From Candidatus Limnocylindrales bacterium (GTDB lineage Bacteria; Chloroflexota; Dormibacteria; CF-121), in the NCBI GenBank assembly GCA_035632635.1, contig DASQGL010000068.1:10895-74894 (forward strand): DNA of 64,000 nucleotides, in the 5' to 3' direction. This document shows positions 29,374 through 41,867 of this stretch, in pieces. Each line of letters begins with the position of its first letter. The first letter of the stretch is position 1. A model generated the notes under the pieces. That model worked only from the letters and a program-made list of their open reading frames with translations, ran no database searches and had not been told where the DNA came from. A program made the translations under genes and the position numbers.

Positions 29374-30213
29374 ATGCCACTCGTCACACTGAAGCAGCTC
29401 CTCGAGGCCGGCGTGCATTTCGGCCACCAGACCAGCCGCTGGAATCCCAAGATGAAGCGGTACATCTTCACCGCCCGCAATGGGATCCACATCATCGACC
29501 TGCAGCAGACCGTGCGCCTGCTCGATGACGCCTGCAACTGGGTCAAGGACGTGGTCGGCACGGGCAAGCTCGTGCTCTTCGTCGGCACCAAGAAGCAGGC
29601 CCAGGAGTCGATCGAGCTCGAAGCCCGGCGCTCCGGGATGCCGTATGTCAACCATCGCTGGATGGGCGGCATGCTGACCAACTTCCCGGTCATGCGCCGG
29701 CAGATCGAGCGCCTCAACAGCCTGCGCGCCATCAAGAACAACGGCGGGTTCACGGGCAGCAAGAAGACGATCACGCAGCTCGAGGAAGAGCTGCAGCGGC
29801 TGGAGCGGTTCTTCGGCGGGATGGCCGAGATGAAGAAACTGCCCGGCGCGATCTACGTCGTCGATCCGCGCAAGGAGCACATCGCGGTGACCGAGGCCCG
29901 CAAGCTGGGCATCCCGATCGTCGCCATCGTCGACTCGAACTGCGACCCCGACGAGATCGACAAGGTGATCCCGGGCAACGATGACGCGATCCGGGCCGTG
30001 AAGCTGATCACGAGCAAGGTGGCGGATGCCGCTCTCGAGGCGCGCCAGCTGATCAGCCCTGAAGAGCTGGCCGCTGCGCCGGAGGCCCCGGTCAGCGAAT
30101 TCCGGATCGACGAGGATGAAGAGGAAGACGAGGACGAGAAGGGCTTCGCTGGTATGCCGGAGATCGACGAAGCGGAGTTCTACGAGGATGAAGCCCTCGA
30201 CGATGAGAAGTGA
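29374..30213 (+). CDS. rpsB: 30S ribosomal protein S2
   Basis: [35 protein letters not shown] 13 nt upstream. Acidic C-terminal tail. Confidence 0.95.
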   Translation: MPLVTLKQLLEAGVHFGHQTSRWNPKMKRYIFTARNGIHIIDLQQTVRLLDDACNWVKDVVGTGKLVLFVGTKKQAQESIELEARRSGMPYVNHRWMGGMLTNFPVMRRQIERLNSLRAIKNNGGFTGSKKTITQLEEELQRLERFFGGMAEMKKLPGAIYVVDPRKEHIAVTEARKLGIPIVAIVDSNCDPDEIDKVIPGNDDAIRAVKLITSKVADAALEARQLISPEELAAAPEAPVSEFRIDEDEEEDEDEKGFAGMPEIDEAEFYEDEALDDEK

Positions 30214-30214
30214 T

Positions 30215-32146
<1,932 letters not shown>

Positions 32147-32157
32147 CGGCCTCTCCG

Positions 32158-32880
32158 ATGGCTCAGCTCCCGCCCCCGGAGCACGTCGCCATCATCATGG
32201 ACGGGAACAACCGGTGGGCCAGGCAGCGGTTCCTTCCCCGGGCCATGGGACACAAGGCGGGCATCGATGCCATCCGCCCCGTGGCCGAGGCCTGCGATCG
32301 GCTGGGGATCCGCGTGCTGACCGTCTACGCCTTCTCCACCGAGAACTGGAACCGTCCTCCCGACGAGGTCGCGGCGCTGATGGAGCTGTTCAGTGAGACC
32401 ATCCGGCGCGAGGTCGACGACTGCATCCGCCGCGGGGTCGAGATGCGATTCTGCGGCCGGCTCGGCGAGCTTCCGCCGGCGCTCCAGGATCAGATGCGGC
32501 TGGCGACCGCGCGGACCCGGCCGAACGCCCGCGCCGTGCTCAACGTCGCCGTGAACTACGGGGGCCGGCAGGAGATCGTGGATGCGATTCGGGAGATGGC
32601 CCAGGAGGGCATCGACCTGAGCCGGCTCGACGAGACCATGGTCGCGCGCCACCTGTACACCCACGGCCTGCCCGATCCGGACCTCATCATCCGGACTGCC
32701 GGCGAAATGCGGCTCAGCAACTTCCTGCTCTGGCAGGCGGCCTATGCGGAGTTCTACAGCACGCCCACGCTCTGGCCGGATTTCGGTGAGTCCGAGCTGA
32801 TCGACGCCGTGGCGGCCTACCACCGGCGCACCCGGCGATTCGGATCGCGCCCCGAGGAGATTCCCCATCGAGGCCGCTGA
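32158..32880 (+). CDS. uppS: Undecaprenyl pyrophosphate synthase
   Basis: HVAIIMDGNNRWA and the RLSNFLLWQ motif. Confidence 0.95.
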   Translation: MAQLPPPEHVAIIMDGNNRWARQRFLPRAMGHKAGIDAIRPVAEACDRLGIRVLTVYAFSTENWNRPPDEVAALMELFSETIRREVDDCIRRGVEMRFCGRLGELPPALQDQMRLATARTRPNARAVLNVAVNYGGRQEIVDAIREMAQEGIDLSRLDETMVARHLYTHGLPDPDLIIRTAGEMRLSNFLLWQAAYAEFYSTPTLWPDFGESELIDAVAAYHRRTRRFGSRPEEIPHRGR

Positions 32881-32920
32881 CCGGAAGGCCGAGCCGCCGC
32901 CGCCGAAACCGCGGGCGAGC

Positions 32921-33727
32921 ATGCTGCCGAGGATCGCGAGCGCGGCCCTCCTGATCGCGGCTCTGCTGGCCGTCCTGCTGCTGGGGTCGCTCTGGGTCTA
33001 CGCCGCCCTCGCGGTCGTGCTGGCGGCCGGGCTGCTCGAATTCTGGTCGCTCACCCGGCACCTGCAGGCGCCGGCGCCGCTGTGGATCCTGTTTCCGCTC
33101 GCCTATGCGTTCCTGCTGCGGGCTCGCCTGCCCGCGTGGCTGGGCCTCGAGGTGCTGCTCGCGGCCGCGACCGCCCTGGGGCTCAGCGCCATGGTCTTCC
33201 TGCGCGAGTGGCGGAACAGCCTGATCCGCTGGGCGCTCGCGGTGGGCGGCAGCCTGTACCTCGGCTTCCTGCTCAGTTACTACGCGGCGCTCTATGAGCT
33301 GCATCAGCCCGACCCCAACCACCTCGGCTTCGGGCTCGTCATCTTCGTTCTCGGGGCTGTCTGGATCGGCGATACGGCGGCGCTGCTGGTGGGCACCAGG
33401 TACGGCCGGCACCGGTTCTTTCCCCGGATCAGCCCGCGCAAGAGCGTCGAGGGGGCGGTCGCCGGGCTGGTGGCCAGCACCCTGCTCTTCACGATCTTCG
33501 GGCCGATCGTCAACCTGTGGTTTCCCCACAATGTCCTGCTCGGCCTCCTGATCGGGTCATTCGCCCAGGTGGGTGACCTGATCGAGTCGCAGATCAAGCG
33601 CAGCGCCGGCGTGAAGGACGCGAGTCACCTCATTCCCGGCCATGGCGGCATCCTGGACCGCATCGACTCCATCCTCCTTGTGGGTGCGCTGGTCTACTAC
33701 TACCTCCGGGTCATGCAGCTCGCGTGA
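32921..33727 (+). CDS. cdsA: Phosphatidate cytidylyltransferase
   Basis: Polytopic membrane protein with SxxKRxxGxKDxxxxIPGHGGxxDRxDS. Confidence 0.85.
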   Translation: MLPRIASAALLIAALLAVLLLGSLWVYAALAVVLAAGLLEFWSLTRHLQAPAPLWILFPLAYAFLLRARLPAWLGLEVLLAAATALGLSAMVFLREWRNSLIRWALAVGGSLYLGFLLSYYAALYELHQPDPNHLGFGLVIFVLGAVWIGDTAALLVGTRYGRHRFFPRISPRKSVEGAVAGLVASTLLFTIFGPIVNLWFPHNVLLGLLIGSFAQVGDLIESQIKRSAGVKDASHLIPGHGGILDRIDSILLVGALVYYYLRVMQLA

Positions 33728-33772
33728 CCTCGATGCAATGACCGTCGGCCAGCTCCGTTACTCGGCCGGGCG

Positions 33773-34942
33773 ATGACGCAGGCCCGCCGTTCGCCAGTGC
33801 GACTCGCGCTCCTGGGCGCGACCGGCTCGATCGGCCGCCAGGTGTGCGACCTGGTCGATCGACATCCGGATCGATTCGTCCTGCACGCCCTGATCGCCGG
33901 GCACGATGAGACGGCCTTGCGCGAGCTGGCCCGGCGCCATCCGCAGGCCCATTCCCTGCTGGCCTACCCACCTGCCGGCTCCGAGGTGGATGCCGCTCGC
34001 GCGATCGCCGAGACGGTGCAGGATCCCGAGGTCGACGTCGTGATCGTGGCGGCTGCCGGCGCGACCGCGCTGGCGCCGACGCTCGCCGCCCTGGATGCGG
34101 GCAAGGACGTCGCGCTCGCCACCAAAGAGGTCCTGGTCATGGCGGGTGAGCTGGTTCGCGATCGGATGCGGCGTCATGGGAGCCGCCTGCTGCCCATCGA
34201 CAGCGAGCACAGTGCGATCTGGCAGTGCCTGTGGGGCGAGCGCCACGAGAGCGTGCGCCGGCTGATCCTGACGGGATCGGGTGGCCCGTTTCTGCGGCGC
34301 CCGCTCGACACCCTCAGCGCGGCGACGATCACGGACGCCCTGGCCCACCCACGCTGGAAGATGGGCCGCAAGATCACCATCGACTCGGCCACGATGATGA
34401 ACAAGGGCCTGGAGGTGATCGAGGCTCATTTCCTGTTCGACATCGCCTACGAGGCAATCGACGTAGTGGTGCATCCGGAGAGTGTCGTGCACTCGATGGT
34501 CGAGTTCCGCGACGGGAGCGTGAAGGCCCAGCTGGGCGTCGCCGACATGCACCTGCCGATTGCCGTCGCCCTCGCCTATCCGGAGCGGCTCGACGCGGTC
34601 GTGCCGGCTCCCGACCTCGGCGCGCTGAACCGGTTGACCTTCGAAGCCCTCGATGGGCAGCGGTTTCCCGCGGTCTCACTGGCGCGCGACGCCGGCCGGC
34701 GGGGCGGGAGCGCCCCCGCGGTGCTCAACGCGGCGAACGAAGCCGCCGTCGCCCTCTTCCTGAGCGGCCGGATCCGCTTTCCCGACATCGTCTCCCTGGT
34801 GGAGGCGGCGCTTTCCGCCATGCCGGCGGCCACGGAGGACTCCCTCGACGCCCTGGTGAACGCCGACACATGGGCTCGCCGGCACGTCCGCGAACTCGCC
34901 GGCGTCTTGACGCCGCCGCCGGCGGGTAAGCTGCCCCTATGA
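33773..34942 (+). CDS. dxr: 1-deoxy-D-xylulose 5-phosphate reductoisomerase
   Basis: [16 protein letters not shown] motif and LATKEVLV. Confidence 0.95.
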   Translation: MTQARRSPVRLALLGATGSIGRQVCDLVDRHPDRFVLHALIAGHDETALRELARRHPQAHSLLAYPPAGSEVDAARAIAETVQDPEVDVVIVAAAGATALAPTLAALDAGKDVALATKEVLVMAGELVRDRMRRHGSRLLPIDSEHSAIWQCLWGERHESVRRLILTGSGGPFLRRPLDTLSAATITDALAHPRWKMGRKITIDSATMMNKGLEVIEAHFLFDIAYEAIDVVVHPESVVHSMVEFRDGSVKAQLGVADMHLPIAVALAYPERLDAVVPAPDLGALNRLTFEALDGQRFPAVSLARDAGRRGGSAPAVLNAANEAAVALFLSGRIRFPDIVSLVEAALSAMPAATEDSLDALVNADTWARRHVRELAGVLTPPPAGKLPL

Positions 34943-35967
34943 ATCCGGTCTTCCTCGCGATCCTGGTGGCGCTCGTCTTCACCGCGATCGTCGTCGTCCA
35001 CGAATCGGGCCACTACCTGACCGCGAAGGCGGCGGGCATCCGGGTCGATCAGTTCAGCGTCGGATTCGGGCCGATGATCGTGGGGCGGAAGATCGGGGAG
35101 ACGTTGTATGCGATTCGTGCGGTCCCCCTCGGCGGCTTCGTCAAGCTCGCCGGCATGGACGGTACCGACGAAGCCGGTCCCCGCAGCTTCAACGCCCATC
35201 CGCTCTGGCAGCGCTTCATCGTCATCGTGGCCGGGTCCGTCTTCAACTTCGCGCTCCCGGTCTTGCTCTTCAGCGTGCTGCTCACCATCGGCTCCCCGGT
35301 GCGGGTCGACCAGGTGGATCCCGGGACGCCGGCGGCGCAGGCCGGGATCCAGCCGGGCGATGTGATCAAGGCGGTCAACGGGCACCCCGTCGAGCAGCTG
35401 AGTGAGCTGCGCTCGGCGGTCAACGCCAGTCAGGGCGCGCCCCTGCAGGTGGAGGTCCTGCGGAACGGCAGGCGCGAGACCTTCACGGTGACGCCGGTTC
35501 AGGGCCTCAAGGGGGCGACCGGCTACGCGCTCGGCGTCGGCGTCTCGGGCGGGCTGAAACCGATGGGACCCGTCCAGGCTGTCGGTGCCTCCGTCAAGGA
35601 GGTCGGCGTGCTGATCGGCGGCACCTTCTCCGGCCTGTACGAGCTGGCCACGAACAAGCAGCTGGGCGGCTTCCTGGGCCCGAATGGCGTCCGCGGACCG
35701 GTGGGGATCGTCAAGCAGACGGCGACCGAAGCCCAGGGTGGCGGCACCACCCTGACCTTCTGGGTCGGCTTCTTGAGCCTGAGCCTGGGGCTCGTCAACA
35801 TCCTGCCCTTCCCGGCGCTGGATGGGGGACGGGCGGCATTCCTGGTCCTGGAAGCCATTCGCGGCCGCCCGGTCGACCCGGCCCGAGAGCAGATGGTCCA
35901 TTACGTCGGATTGGCCATCCTGTTCGCGTTGATCGGGTTGGTGACGTATAACGACGTCTTGAGGTAA
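34939..35967 (+). CDS. rseP: RIP zinc metalloprotease RseP (site-2 protease with PDZ)
   Basis: HESGHYL and a C-terminal LDGG motif, with a PDZ domain in between. ATGA overlap with dxr. Confidence 0.85.
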   Translation: MNPVFLAILVALVFTAIVVVHESGHYLTAKAAGIRVDQFSVGFGPMIVGRKIGETLYAIRAVPLGGFVKLAGMDGTDEAGPRSFNAHPLWQRFIVIVAGSVFNFALPVLLFSVLLTIGSPVRVDQVDPGTPAAQAGIQPGDVIKAVNGHPVEQLSELRSAVNASQGAPLQVEVLRNGRRETFTVTPVQGLKGATGYALGVGVSGGLKPMGPVQAVGASVKEVGVLIGGTFSGLYELATNKQLGGFLGPNGVRGPVGIVKQTATEAQGGGTTLTFWVGFLSLSLGLVNILPFPALDGGRAAFLVLEAIRGRPVDPAREQMVHYVGLAILFALIGLVTYNDVLR

Positions 35968-35997
35968 GCGGAAACTGGGTACAACAGGAATCGGAGC

Positions 35998-37092
35998 ATG
36001 AAGCCACGCCGCAAGTGTCAGCCGGTCCGCGTCGGAGACGTCGTGGTTGGCGGGGCGGCGCCGATCGTCGTGCAGTCGATGTGCAAGTCGGACACGCGCG
36101 ACGTCAAGGCGACCCTGGACGAGATCGCCCGGCTCAAGGACGTCGACTGCAAGATCGTTCGGGTGGCCGTTCCCACCCGGGAAGCGGCCGAAGCGATGAT
36201 CGAGATCAAGCGCTCCTCGCCGCTGCCGATCATCGCCGACATCCACTACGATTACCCGCTTGCGCTGGCCGCGCTCGACGCGGGCGTTGATGGCCTGCGG
36301 CTGAACCCCGGCAACATCCGCGATCCGGAGAAGGTCAAGGAGATCACCAGGAAGGCGAAGGAGCGCGAGGTTCCGATCCGGATCGGCGTCAATGCCGGCT
36401 CGCTGCCCGGCCGGGCCAAGGAGGGCGAAGGCCACCGGCCGCCCATGCAGGAAGTCGTGGACGCGATGGTCAGCGCGGCGCTCGGGCACATCCGGATCCT
36501 CGAGGCGCTCGACTTCAATCAGATCAAGGTCTCGATGAAGGCCTCGGACCCGCCCACCATGATCGCGGCCAACCGAGCGCTCGCCGACAAGATCTACTAT
36601 CCGCTCCATCTCGGTGTCACCGAATCGGGACCGCCGCGCACCGGGTCGGTCAAGAGCGCAGTCGGGATCGGGGTCCTGCTGGAGGAGGGGATCGGCGACA
36701 CGATCCGGGTTTCGCTGGCGGGCGACTCGGTGGAGGAGGTCGAGGTCGCCTACGGGATCATCAACGCGCTTTCCGAGAAGCAGACCGGGCCAAACCTGAT
36801 CGCCTGTCCCATGTGCGGCCGGCTGGAGATCGACATGCTGCCCATGGTCGCCGAGGTGGAGAAGGCGTTGAAGCGGATCAAGCGTCCGATCAACGTGTCG
36901 GTCATGGGCTGCGTCGTCAACGGACCCGGCGAGGGGCAGCATGCCGACATCGGCATCGCCGGTGGCAAGAACAAGGGCATTCTGTTCAAGCACGGCAAGA
37001 TCGTGGGCACCTACCCGGAGAAGGAGCTCGTCCCCGCCCTGCTCCGCGAGCTGGACGCGATCGCCGCCGAAGACGCCAAGCTCGCGAGCTAG
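35998..37092 (+). CDS. ispG: 4-hydroxy-3-methylbut-2-enyl diphosphate synthase
   Basis: VVQSMCKSDT and a C-terminal CPMCGR...GC cluster. Confidence 0.95.
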   Translation: MKPRRKCQPVRVGDVVVGGAAPIVVQSMCKSDTRDVKATLDEIARLKDVDCKIVRVAVPTREAAEAMIEIKRSSPLPIIADIHYDYPLALAALDAGVDGLRLNPGNIRDPEKVKEITRKAKEREVPIRIGVNAGSLPGRAKEGEGHRPPMQEVVDAMVSAALGHIRILEALDFNQIKVSMKASDPPTMIAANRALADKIYYPLHLGVTESGPPRTGSVKSAVGIGVLLEEGIGDTIRVSLAGDSVEEVEVAYGIINALSEKQTGPNLIACPMCGRLEIDMLPMVAEVEKALKRIKRPINVSVMGCVVNGPGEGQHADIGIAGGKNKGILFKHGKIVGTYPEKELVPALLRELDAIAAEDAKLAS

Positions 37093-37166
37093 GCAGGAGC
37101 GAGCCGCAGGCGCGGCGCTTTCAGCCGGGACCCCGCGACTACCCGGTCGGTATACTCAGCGGTCAC

Positions 37167-38582
37167 GTGAGCATCAAAAAGCAGTCCGAGGACTTCCCGG
37201 GCTGGTACCAGGACGTCGTCCGCAAGGCGGAGCTGGGCGATTACGCACCGGTGCGCGGGTGTATGGTCATGCGTCCCCTCGGCTACGGGCTGTGGGAGAA
37301 CATCCAGCGCGCGCTCGACGATCTCTTCAAGAAGACGGGTGTCGAGAACTGGTACTTCCCGGCGCTGATCCCGCTCAGCTTCCTGGAGAAGGAGAAGGAG
37401 CACGTGGAGGGCTTCGAGCCCGAGTTCGCCATGGTGACTCGGGGTGGGGGCAAGCAGCTCGAGGAACCGCTCGTGCTCCGGCCGACCTCCGAGACGATGA
37501 TTGCGACCGTGCTGCGCGACTACATCCACTCCTATCGCGATCTGCCGGTGCTCACCAATCAGTGGAACAACGTCTTCCGCTGGGAGCTGCGGACTCGCCT
37601 GTTCCTGCGCACGATGGAGTTCCTCTGGCAGGAAGGGCATACCTTCCACGAGACCGGCGAGGAAGCCGAGCGCCAGGTCCTGGAGAAGCTCGAGTGCTAC
37701 CGCCTGATCTCAGAGGACTGGTGCGCCATCCCGGTCTTTACCGGCCGCAAGTCGGAGACCGAGAAGTTCGCCGGGGCCCAGTATTCGATGGCGATCGAAG
37801 GCATGATGCGGGATGGCAAGGCGTTGCAGATGGGGACCTCACACTTCTTCGGCCAGAACTTCACTCGGGCTTACGACCTCACCTTCACGGGGCGGACGAA
37901 CGAGCTCCAGCATCCTTTCTCGACGAGCTGGGGGATGTCGACCCGCATGGTCGGGGCGATCGTGATGGCCCACGGAGACGACACCGGCCTGCAGCTGCCG
38001 CCGCGCATCGCGCCGATCCAGGTCGTGGTCGTCCCGATCTTCCGGACGGACGCCGAGCGCGCCCAGATCGAGGCCGCACTCGCGCCGATCCTGAGCGGGC
38101 TTCCCGGCATCCGGGTCCGGACCGACTGGCGGGATGAGCGGCCCGGCTTCAAGTTCAACGAATGGGAGCTGAAGGGGGTCCCGCTGCGCCTGGAGATCGG
38201 TCCCCGGGACCTGGCCAAAGGCGAGGTGACCCTGGTCCGGCGGCTGGATCGGGCCAAGGAGCCGGTCGCGATCGCGCAGCTGAAGGACGTCATCCCCGCC
38301 AGGCTGGACGAGATCCAGTCCGCGCTGCTGGCCCGCGCGCGGGCGTTCCGTGACGAGCACACGGTCCGGCTGGCGTCGCTGGACGAGATGGTCCGCTTCT
38401 TCGAATCCTCGCCGGGCTTCGTGATCACCCCATGGTGCCAGGACGCGGCGTGCGAGCTCAAGGTCAAGGGACTGACCCAGGCGACGACCAGGGTCCTGCT
38501 CGATGACCCGCCGGCGGGCCAGGTCTGCGCCGTCTGCGGGCGTCCGGCGACCGCGACGGTGGTCTGGGCCAAAGCGTACTAG
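37167..38582 (+). CDS. proS: Prolyl-tRNA synthetase, archaeal/eukaryotic-like type
   Basis: GTG start gives (M)SIKKQSEDFPGWYQDVVRKAELGDYAPVRGCMV, plus class II motifs and the short (~470 aa) architecture. TATACT 9 nt upstream. Confidence 0.9.
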   Translation: MSIKKQSEDFPGWYQDVVRKAELGDYAPVRGCMVMRPLGYGLWENIQRALDDLFKKTGVENWYFPALIPLSFLEKEKEHVEGFEPEFAMVTRGGGKQLEEPLVLRPTSETMIATVLRDYIHSYRDLPVLTNQWNNVFRWELRTRLFLRTMEFLWQEGHTFHETGEEAERQVLEKLECYRLISEDWCAIPVFTGRKSETEKFAGAQYSMAIEGMMRDGKALQMGTSHFFGQNFTRAYDLTFTGRTNELQHPFSTSWGMSTRMVGAIVMAHGDDTGLQLPPRIAPIQVVVVPIFRTDAERAQIEAALAPILSGLPGIRVRTDWRDERPGFKFNEWELKGVPLRLEIGPRDLAKGEVTLVRRLDRAKEPVAIAQLKDVIPARLDEIQSALLARARAFRDEHTVRLASLDEMVRFFESSPGFVITPWCQDAACELKVKGLTQATTRVLLDDPPAGQVCAVCGRPATATVVWAKAY

Positions 38583-38648
38583 CGTTCGCTTAAAGAGAGG
38601 GGACTTCGGGGATAATCCCCTACACAGCCACAGAGAGGAACCCCGACC

Positions 38649-40799
38649 ATGCAATTCGCCGATCTGCTGACCCGGGTCAGCTACCTGCCCCCGGCCGACG
38701 TCGAGTTCCTCTCGCGCGCCTACGAAGCTGCGGCCAGCGCGCACCACGACCAGAACCGCCTCTCGGGCGAGAAGTTCATCGAGCACCCGCTCAGCGTGGC
38801 CGCCATCCTGGCCGACCTGCAGCTGGACCGGGACACGCTGGCCGCGGCCATTCTCCACGACACCGTGGAAGACACCCACCTGACCGTCCAGGATCTCGAG
38901 CACAGCTTCGGGGGAACCGTAGGCAAGCTGGTGGCGGGGGTGACGAAGCTCGACCGGATCTCGTTCCGCAGCCAGGAGCAGGCCCAGGCCGAGAACGTCC
39001 GCAAGATGCTCGTCGCCATGGCCGAGGATGTGCGGGTCGTGTTGATGAAGCTGGCCGATCGGCTGCATAACATGCGGACCGTCAACTTCCTTCCGGAGGC
39101 GCGCCGGCGGGCGATGGCCCAGGAGACGCTCGACATCTACGCGCCGCTGGCGCACCGCCTCGGGATGTGGAACATCAAGTGGGAGCTCGAGGACCTCTCC
39201 TTCGCCCAGCTCCATCCGGACGAGTATGCCGACATCGTCAAGCACATCGCCCGCAAGCGCCGGGAGCGCGAGGCCTACGTCAAGGACATCATGGACATCC
39301 TGGAGCGGGAACTGGCGGCGGTCGGGATCGCGGCCGAGACGAGCGGCCGGCCCAAGCACGTATACAGCATCGCGAACAAGATGGCGCTCGGCAAGGAGTT
39401 CGACGAGATCTACGACCTGTCGGCCATCCGGGTGCTGACCGATTCGATCAAGGATTGCTATGGCGCCCTCGGCGTGATCCATGCGCTCTGGAAACCGATC
39501 CCGGGGCGCTTCAAGGACTACATCGCCATGCCCAAGTCGAACGGCTACCAATCGCTCCATACGACGGTGGTCAGCCAGACCGGGGAGCCGATGGAGATCC
39601 AGATTCGCACCCACGAGATGCACCGCACTGCCGAGTGGGGCGTGGCGGCGCACTGGGCTTACAAGGAGGGCGGCAAGGACAACCGCAAGATGGATCAGCG
39701 CTTCGCCTGGCTTCGGCAGCTCATGGAGTGGCAGAAGGAGGTGCTCGACGCCGAGACGTTCGTGGACGCCGTCAAGGTGGACGTGTTTCGGGACGAGGTC
39801 TTCGTCTTCACTCCGCGCGGTGACGTCCTGGCCCTGCCCAGCGGCGCGACGGCCGTGGACTTCGCCTACCGGATCCACACCGAGGTCGGTCACCGATGCA
39901 TCGGGGCCAAGGCGAACAGCCGGATGGTGCCGCTCGACTACCCGCTGCAGAACGGCGACATCCTCGAGATCCTGACCTCGAAGGGGCCGCACGGTCCCAG
40001 CCGCGACTGGCTGGCCTTCGTCAAGACGGCCGGGGCGGCGCAGAAGATTCGCGGCTGGTTCAAGAAGGAACGGCGGGAGGAGAACGTCGCCAAGGGGAAG
40101 GAGCTTCTCGACAAGGAGTTCCGCCGCATGCAGCAGCGGACGCTGGCCTCCCTCGGCGACGAGCGGGTGCTCGCGCTGGCGGCAGAGTTTCATTTCCAGG
40201 ACCTGAATGATTTCTTCGCCGCCGTCGGCTACGGGGACGTCAGTCCCCATGCGGTGCTGCTCAAGTACATTGCCGCGACGGAGCCTGCCGAACCCGCGGC
40301 CGGCGAGTTCCCGCTCATCCCGCTCGTCCCCCAGTTCAAACCGACCGGCGAGCTGCGCGTCAAAGGCGAGCGGGGCGTGCTGACCCAGATCGCGCGCTGC
40401 TGCAAGCCGGTGCCCGGCGACCCGATCACGGGCTACATCACCCGGGGCAAGGGCATCAGCGTCCATCGCACCACCTGCAAGAACGTCCTGAACGTCCTCA
40501 ACCAGGAGCGGCGCGTCGATGTGGAGTGGGACACGGGCGGGCGCCAGCTGTACCCGGTCGCGATCAAGATCGAGGCCTGGGATCGGACCGGACTGCTGCG
40601 CGACATCGCGACCGTGATCGCCGAGAACAAGATCAATCTGACCGGCGCCGAGGTCCAGGTCTACGACGACAAGACCGCCGTGATCTCCACGACCGTGGAG
40701 ATCAGCAGCCTGACCCAGCTCAGCCGTCTCATGGAGCGGCTGGAAACGGTCAAGGACGTGCACACGGTCGCCCGAGAAGGGAACCTCGCCGCGAGCTAG
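38649..40799 (+). CDS. relA: Bifunctional (p)ppGpp synthetase/hydrolase RelA/SpoT
   Basis: HD domain (HDTVEDT), synthetase domain, TGS and C-terminal ACT regions. GATAAT -10 at 38611 and SD GAGAGG. Confidence 0.95.
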   Translation: MQFADLLTRVSYLPPADVEFLSRAYEAAASAHHDQNRLSGEKFIEHPLSVAAILADLQLDRDTLAAAILHDTVEDTHLTVQDLEHSFGGTVGKLVAGVTKLDRISFRSQEQAQAENVRKMLVAMAEDVRVVLMKLADRLHNMRTVNFLPEARRRAMAQETLDIYAPLAHRLGMWNIKWELEDLSFAQLHPDEYADIVKHIARKRREREAYVKDIMDILERELAAVGIAAETSGRPKHVYSIANKMALGKEFDEIYDLSAIRVLTDSIKDCYGALGVIHALWKPIPGRFKDYIAMPKSNGYQSLHTTVVSQTGEPMEIQIRTHEMHRTAEWGVAAHWAYKEGGKDNRKMDQRFAWLRQLMEWQKEVLDAETFVDAVKVDVFRDEVFVFTPRGDVLALPSGATAVDFAYRIHTEVGHRCIGAKANSRMVPLDYPLQNGDILEILTSKGPHGPSRDWLAFVKTAGAAQKIRGWFKKERREENVAKGKELLDKEFRRMQQRTLASLGDERVLALAAEFHFQDLNDFFAAVGYGDVSPHAVLLKYIAATEPAEPAAGEFPLIPLVPQFKPTGELRVKGERGVLTQIARCCKPVPGDPITGYITRGKGISVHRTTCKNVLNVLNQERRVDVEWDTGGRQLYPVAIKIEAWDRTGLLRDIATVIAENKINLTGAEVQVYDDKTAVISTTVEISSLTQLSRLMERLETVKDVHTVAREGNLAAS

Positions 40800-40977
40800 G
40801 GTCCGGTTTCGAGGTTCCGAAGCCGAGCCGCGGCGCGGCCGGGGAGGCTGCCGTCATCGGTTCGTGACGCTGCCGCGACCTGCCGGGGACGAGTCGGCCG
40901 CTGAGCGTCCTTCGAGAAACGGCCGCCGTAACTGAGCGGCCCTAGCATCGGAATGCCCCCTGGAATGGGCTTAGATT

Positions 40978-41850
40978 ATGGCTGCGAACTGGCGTGCCGT
41001 GCGGAGACTCGCGAGCCTGCTCGGCGTTGGGGTGGGGCTGCTCGCCATCTTCGGCGTGATCGCGCTGGCCGCGCTGCGGCCGGCCGACGGGTACGCCTGG
41101 GTGCAGGTCCCGCAACTCGCCCCCGACACGCGGCTGGACGCCGGTCTTGCCACCCAGCCGCTGGCCGCCAGCGTGGTCGCCGAGGCGCTGGCGGACCGGG
41201 CGCTGATCGGGGCGACGGTCCAGCCCCAGGGTCCCGTTGTTCCTCCCATCCTGACCGTTCCGGCGCCGGCGAGCCCTGCCCTGCCCCCGGCGGCGCCCTC
41301 GGCGCGGCCCACGTTGCCGCCGGCGCCGATGCCCACGCCGACGCCGCGACCGACGCCGGCGCCCACGCCGACCCCGGCGCCCACGCCGACGCCCAGGCCC
41401 ACGCCGACGCCCGCGCCCACGCCGGCGCCCCGGCCCACCCCGACGCCGCGACCGACGCCGGCGCCGACGCCCACGCCCACGCCGACCCCCACCCCGACGC
41501 CGCGACCGACGCCGACGCCGGCGCCAGGCCCGTTCCGGCTGACCTGGGCCGGCGAGCTGGTCGTGCTCCAGGGTCCGGGGCAGAGCAAGCGTTGCGCGTC
41601 GAGCACGGTGACCGCCAGCGGCGCCTTCGCGACCAACGGCGTCGGCGGCACGGTCCAGTACCACTGGGTGCGCATCACCAGCTCGGGAAGTGAAGACGAA
41701 CCGGTGCACACCGTCGTGATCGCGGCGGGTGACCGCCAGGTCCACACCGTCGTGCCCGACAGCTGGACGCCGCCCTCGTCGGGGAGCGAGCAGCTCGTCT
41801 TCACCGCGCCCGTCTACACGGTGCCGGCGCAGTCATGGACGTGCCGGTGA
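40978..41850 (+). CDS. Membrane-anchored protein with a Pro/Thr-rich repeat linker and a small extracytoplasmic Cys-containing domain
   Basis: One N-terminal TM, about 70 aa of (PTPxP)n, and an ~110-aa C-terminal domain. Overlaps the downstream diguanylate cyclase gene. Confidence 0.6.
   Translation: MAANWRAVRRLASLLGVGVGLLAIFGVIALAALRPADGYAWVQVPQLAPDTRLDAGLATQPLAASVVAEALADRALIGATVQPQGPVVPPILTVPAPASPALPPAAPSARPTLPPAPMPTPTPRPTPAPTPTPAPTPTPRPTPTPAPTPAPRPTPTPRPTPAPTPTPTPTPTPTPRPTPTPAPGPFRLTWAGELVVLQGPGQSKRCASSTVTASGAFATNGVGGTVQYHWVRITSSGSEDEPVHTVVIAAGDRQVHTVVPDSWTPPSSGSEQLVFTAPVYTVPAQSWTCR
41329..41524 (+). repeat. Tandem imperfect ACGCCG/ACGCCC-type nucleotide repeat encoding the PT-rich linker
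   Basis: ccacgccgacgccgcgaccgacgccggcgcccacgccgacccc... repeated about 15 times, with period ~6–15 nt. Confidence 0.7.
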
Positions 41851-41867
41851 GGCCGCCCGCGATTCGA

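Noticed and set aside
37093-37166. Possible T-box leader upstream of proS, and likewise upstream of hisS and alaS
   Set aside because: The intergenic regions are only 20–75 nt, far too short for a T-box riboswitch (~200–300 nt). No AGGGUGGNACCGCG T-box motif was seen.
38598-38621. Hairpin agggga-N12-tcccct after the proS stop, as a possible terminator
   Set aside because: The stem is short, the loop long, and no T-tract follows. It more likely overlaps the relA promoter (-10 GATAAT at 38611) than acts as an intrinsic terminator.
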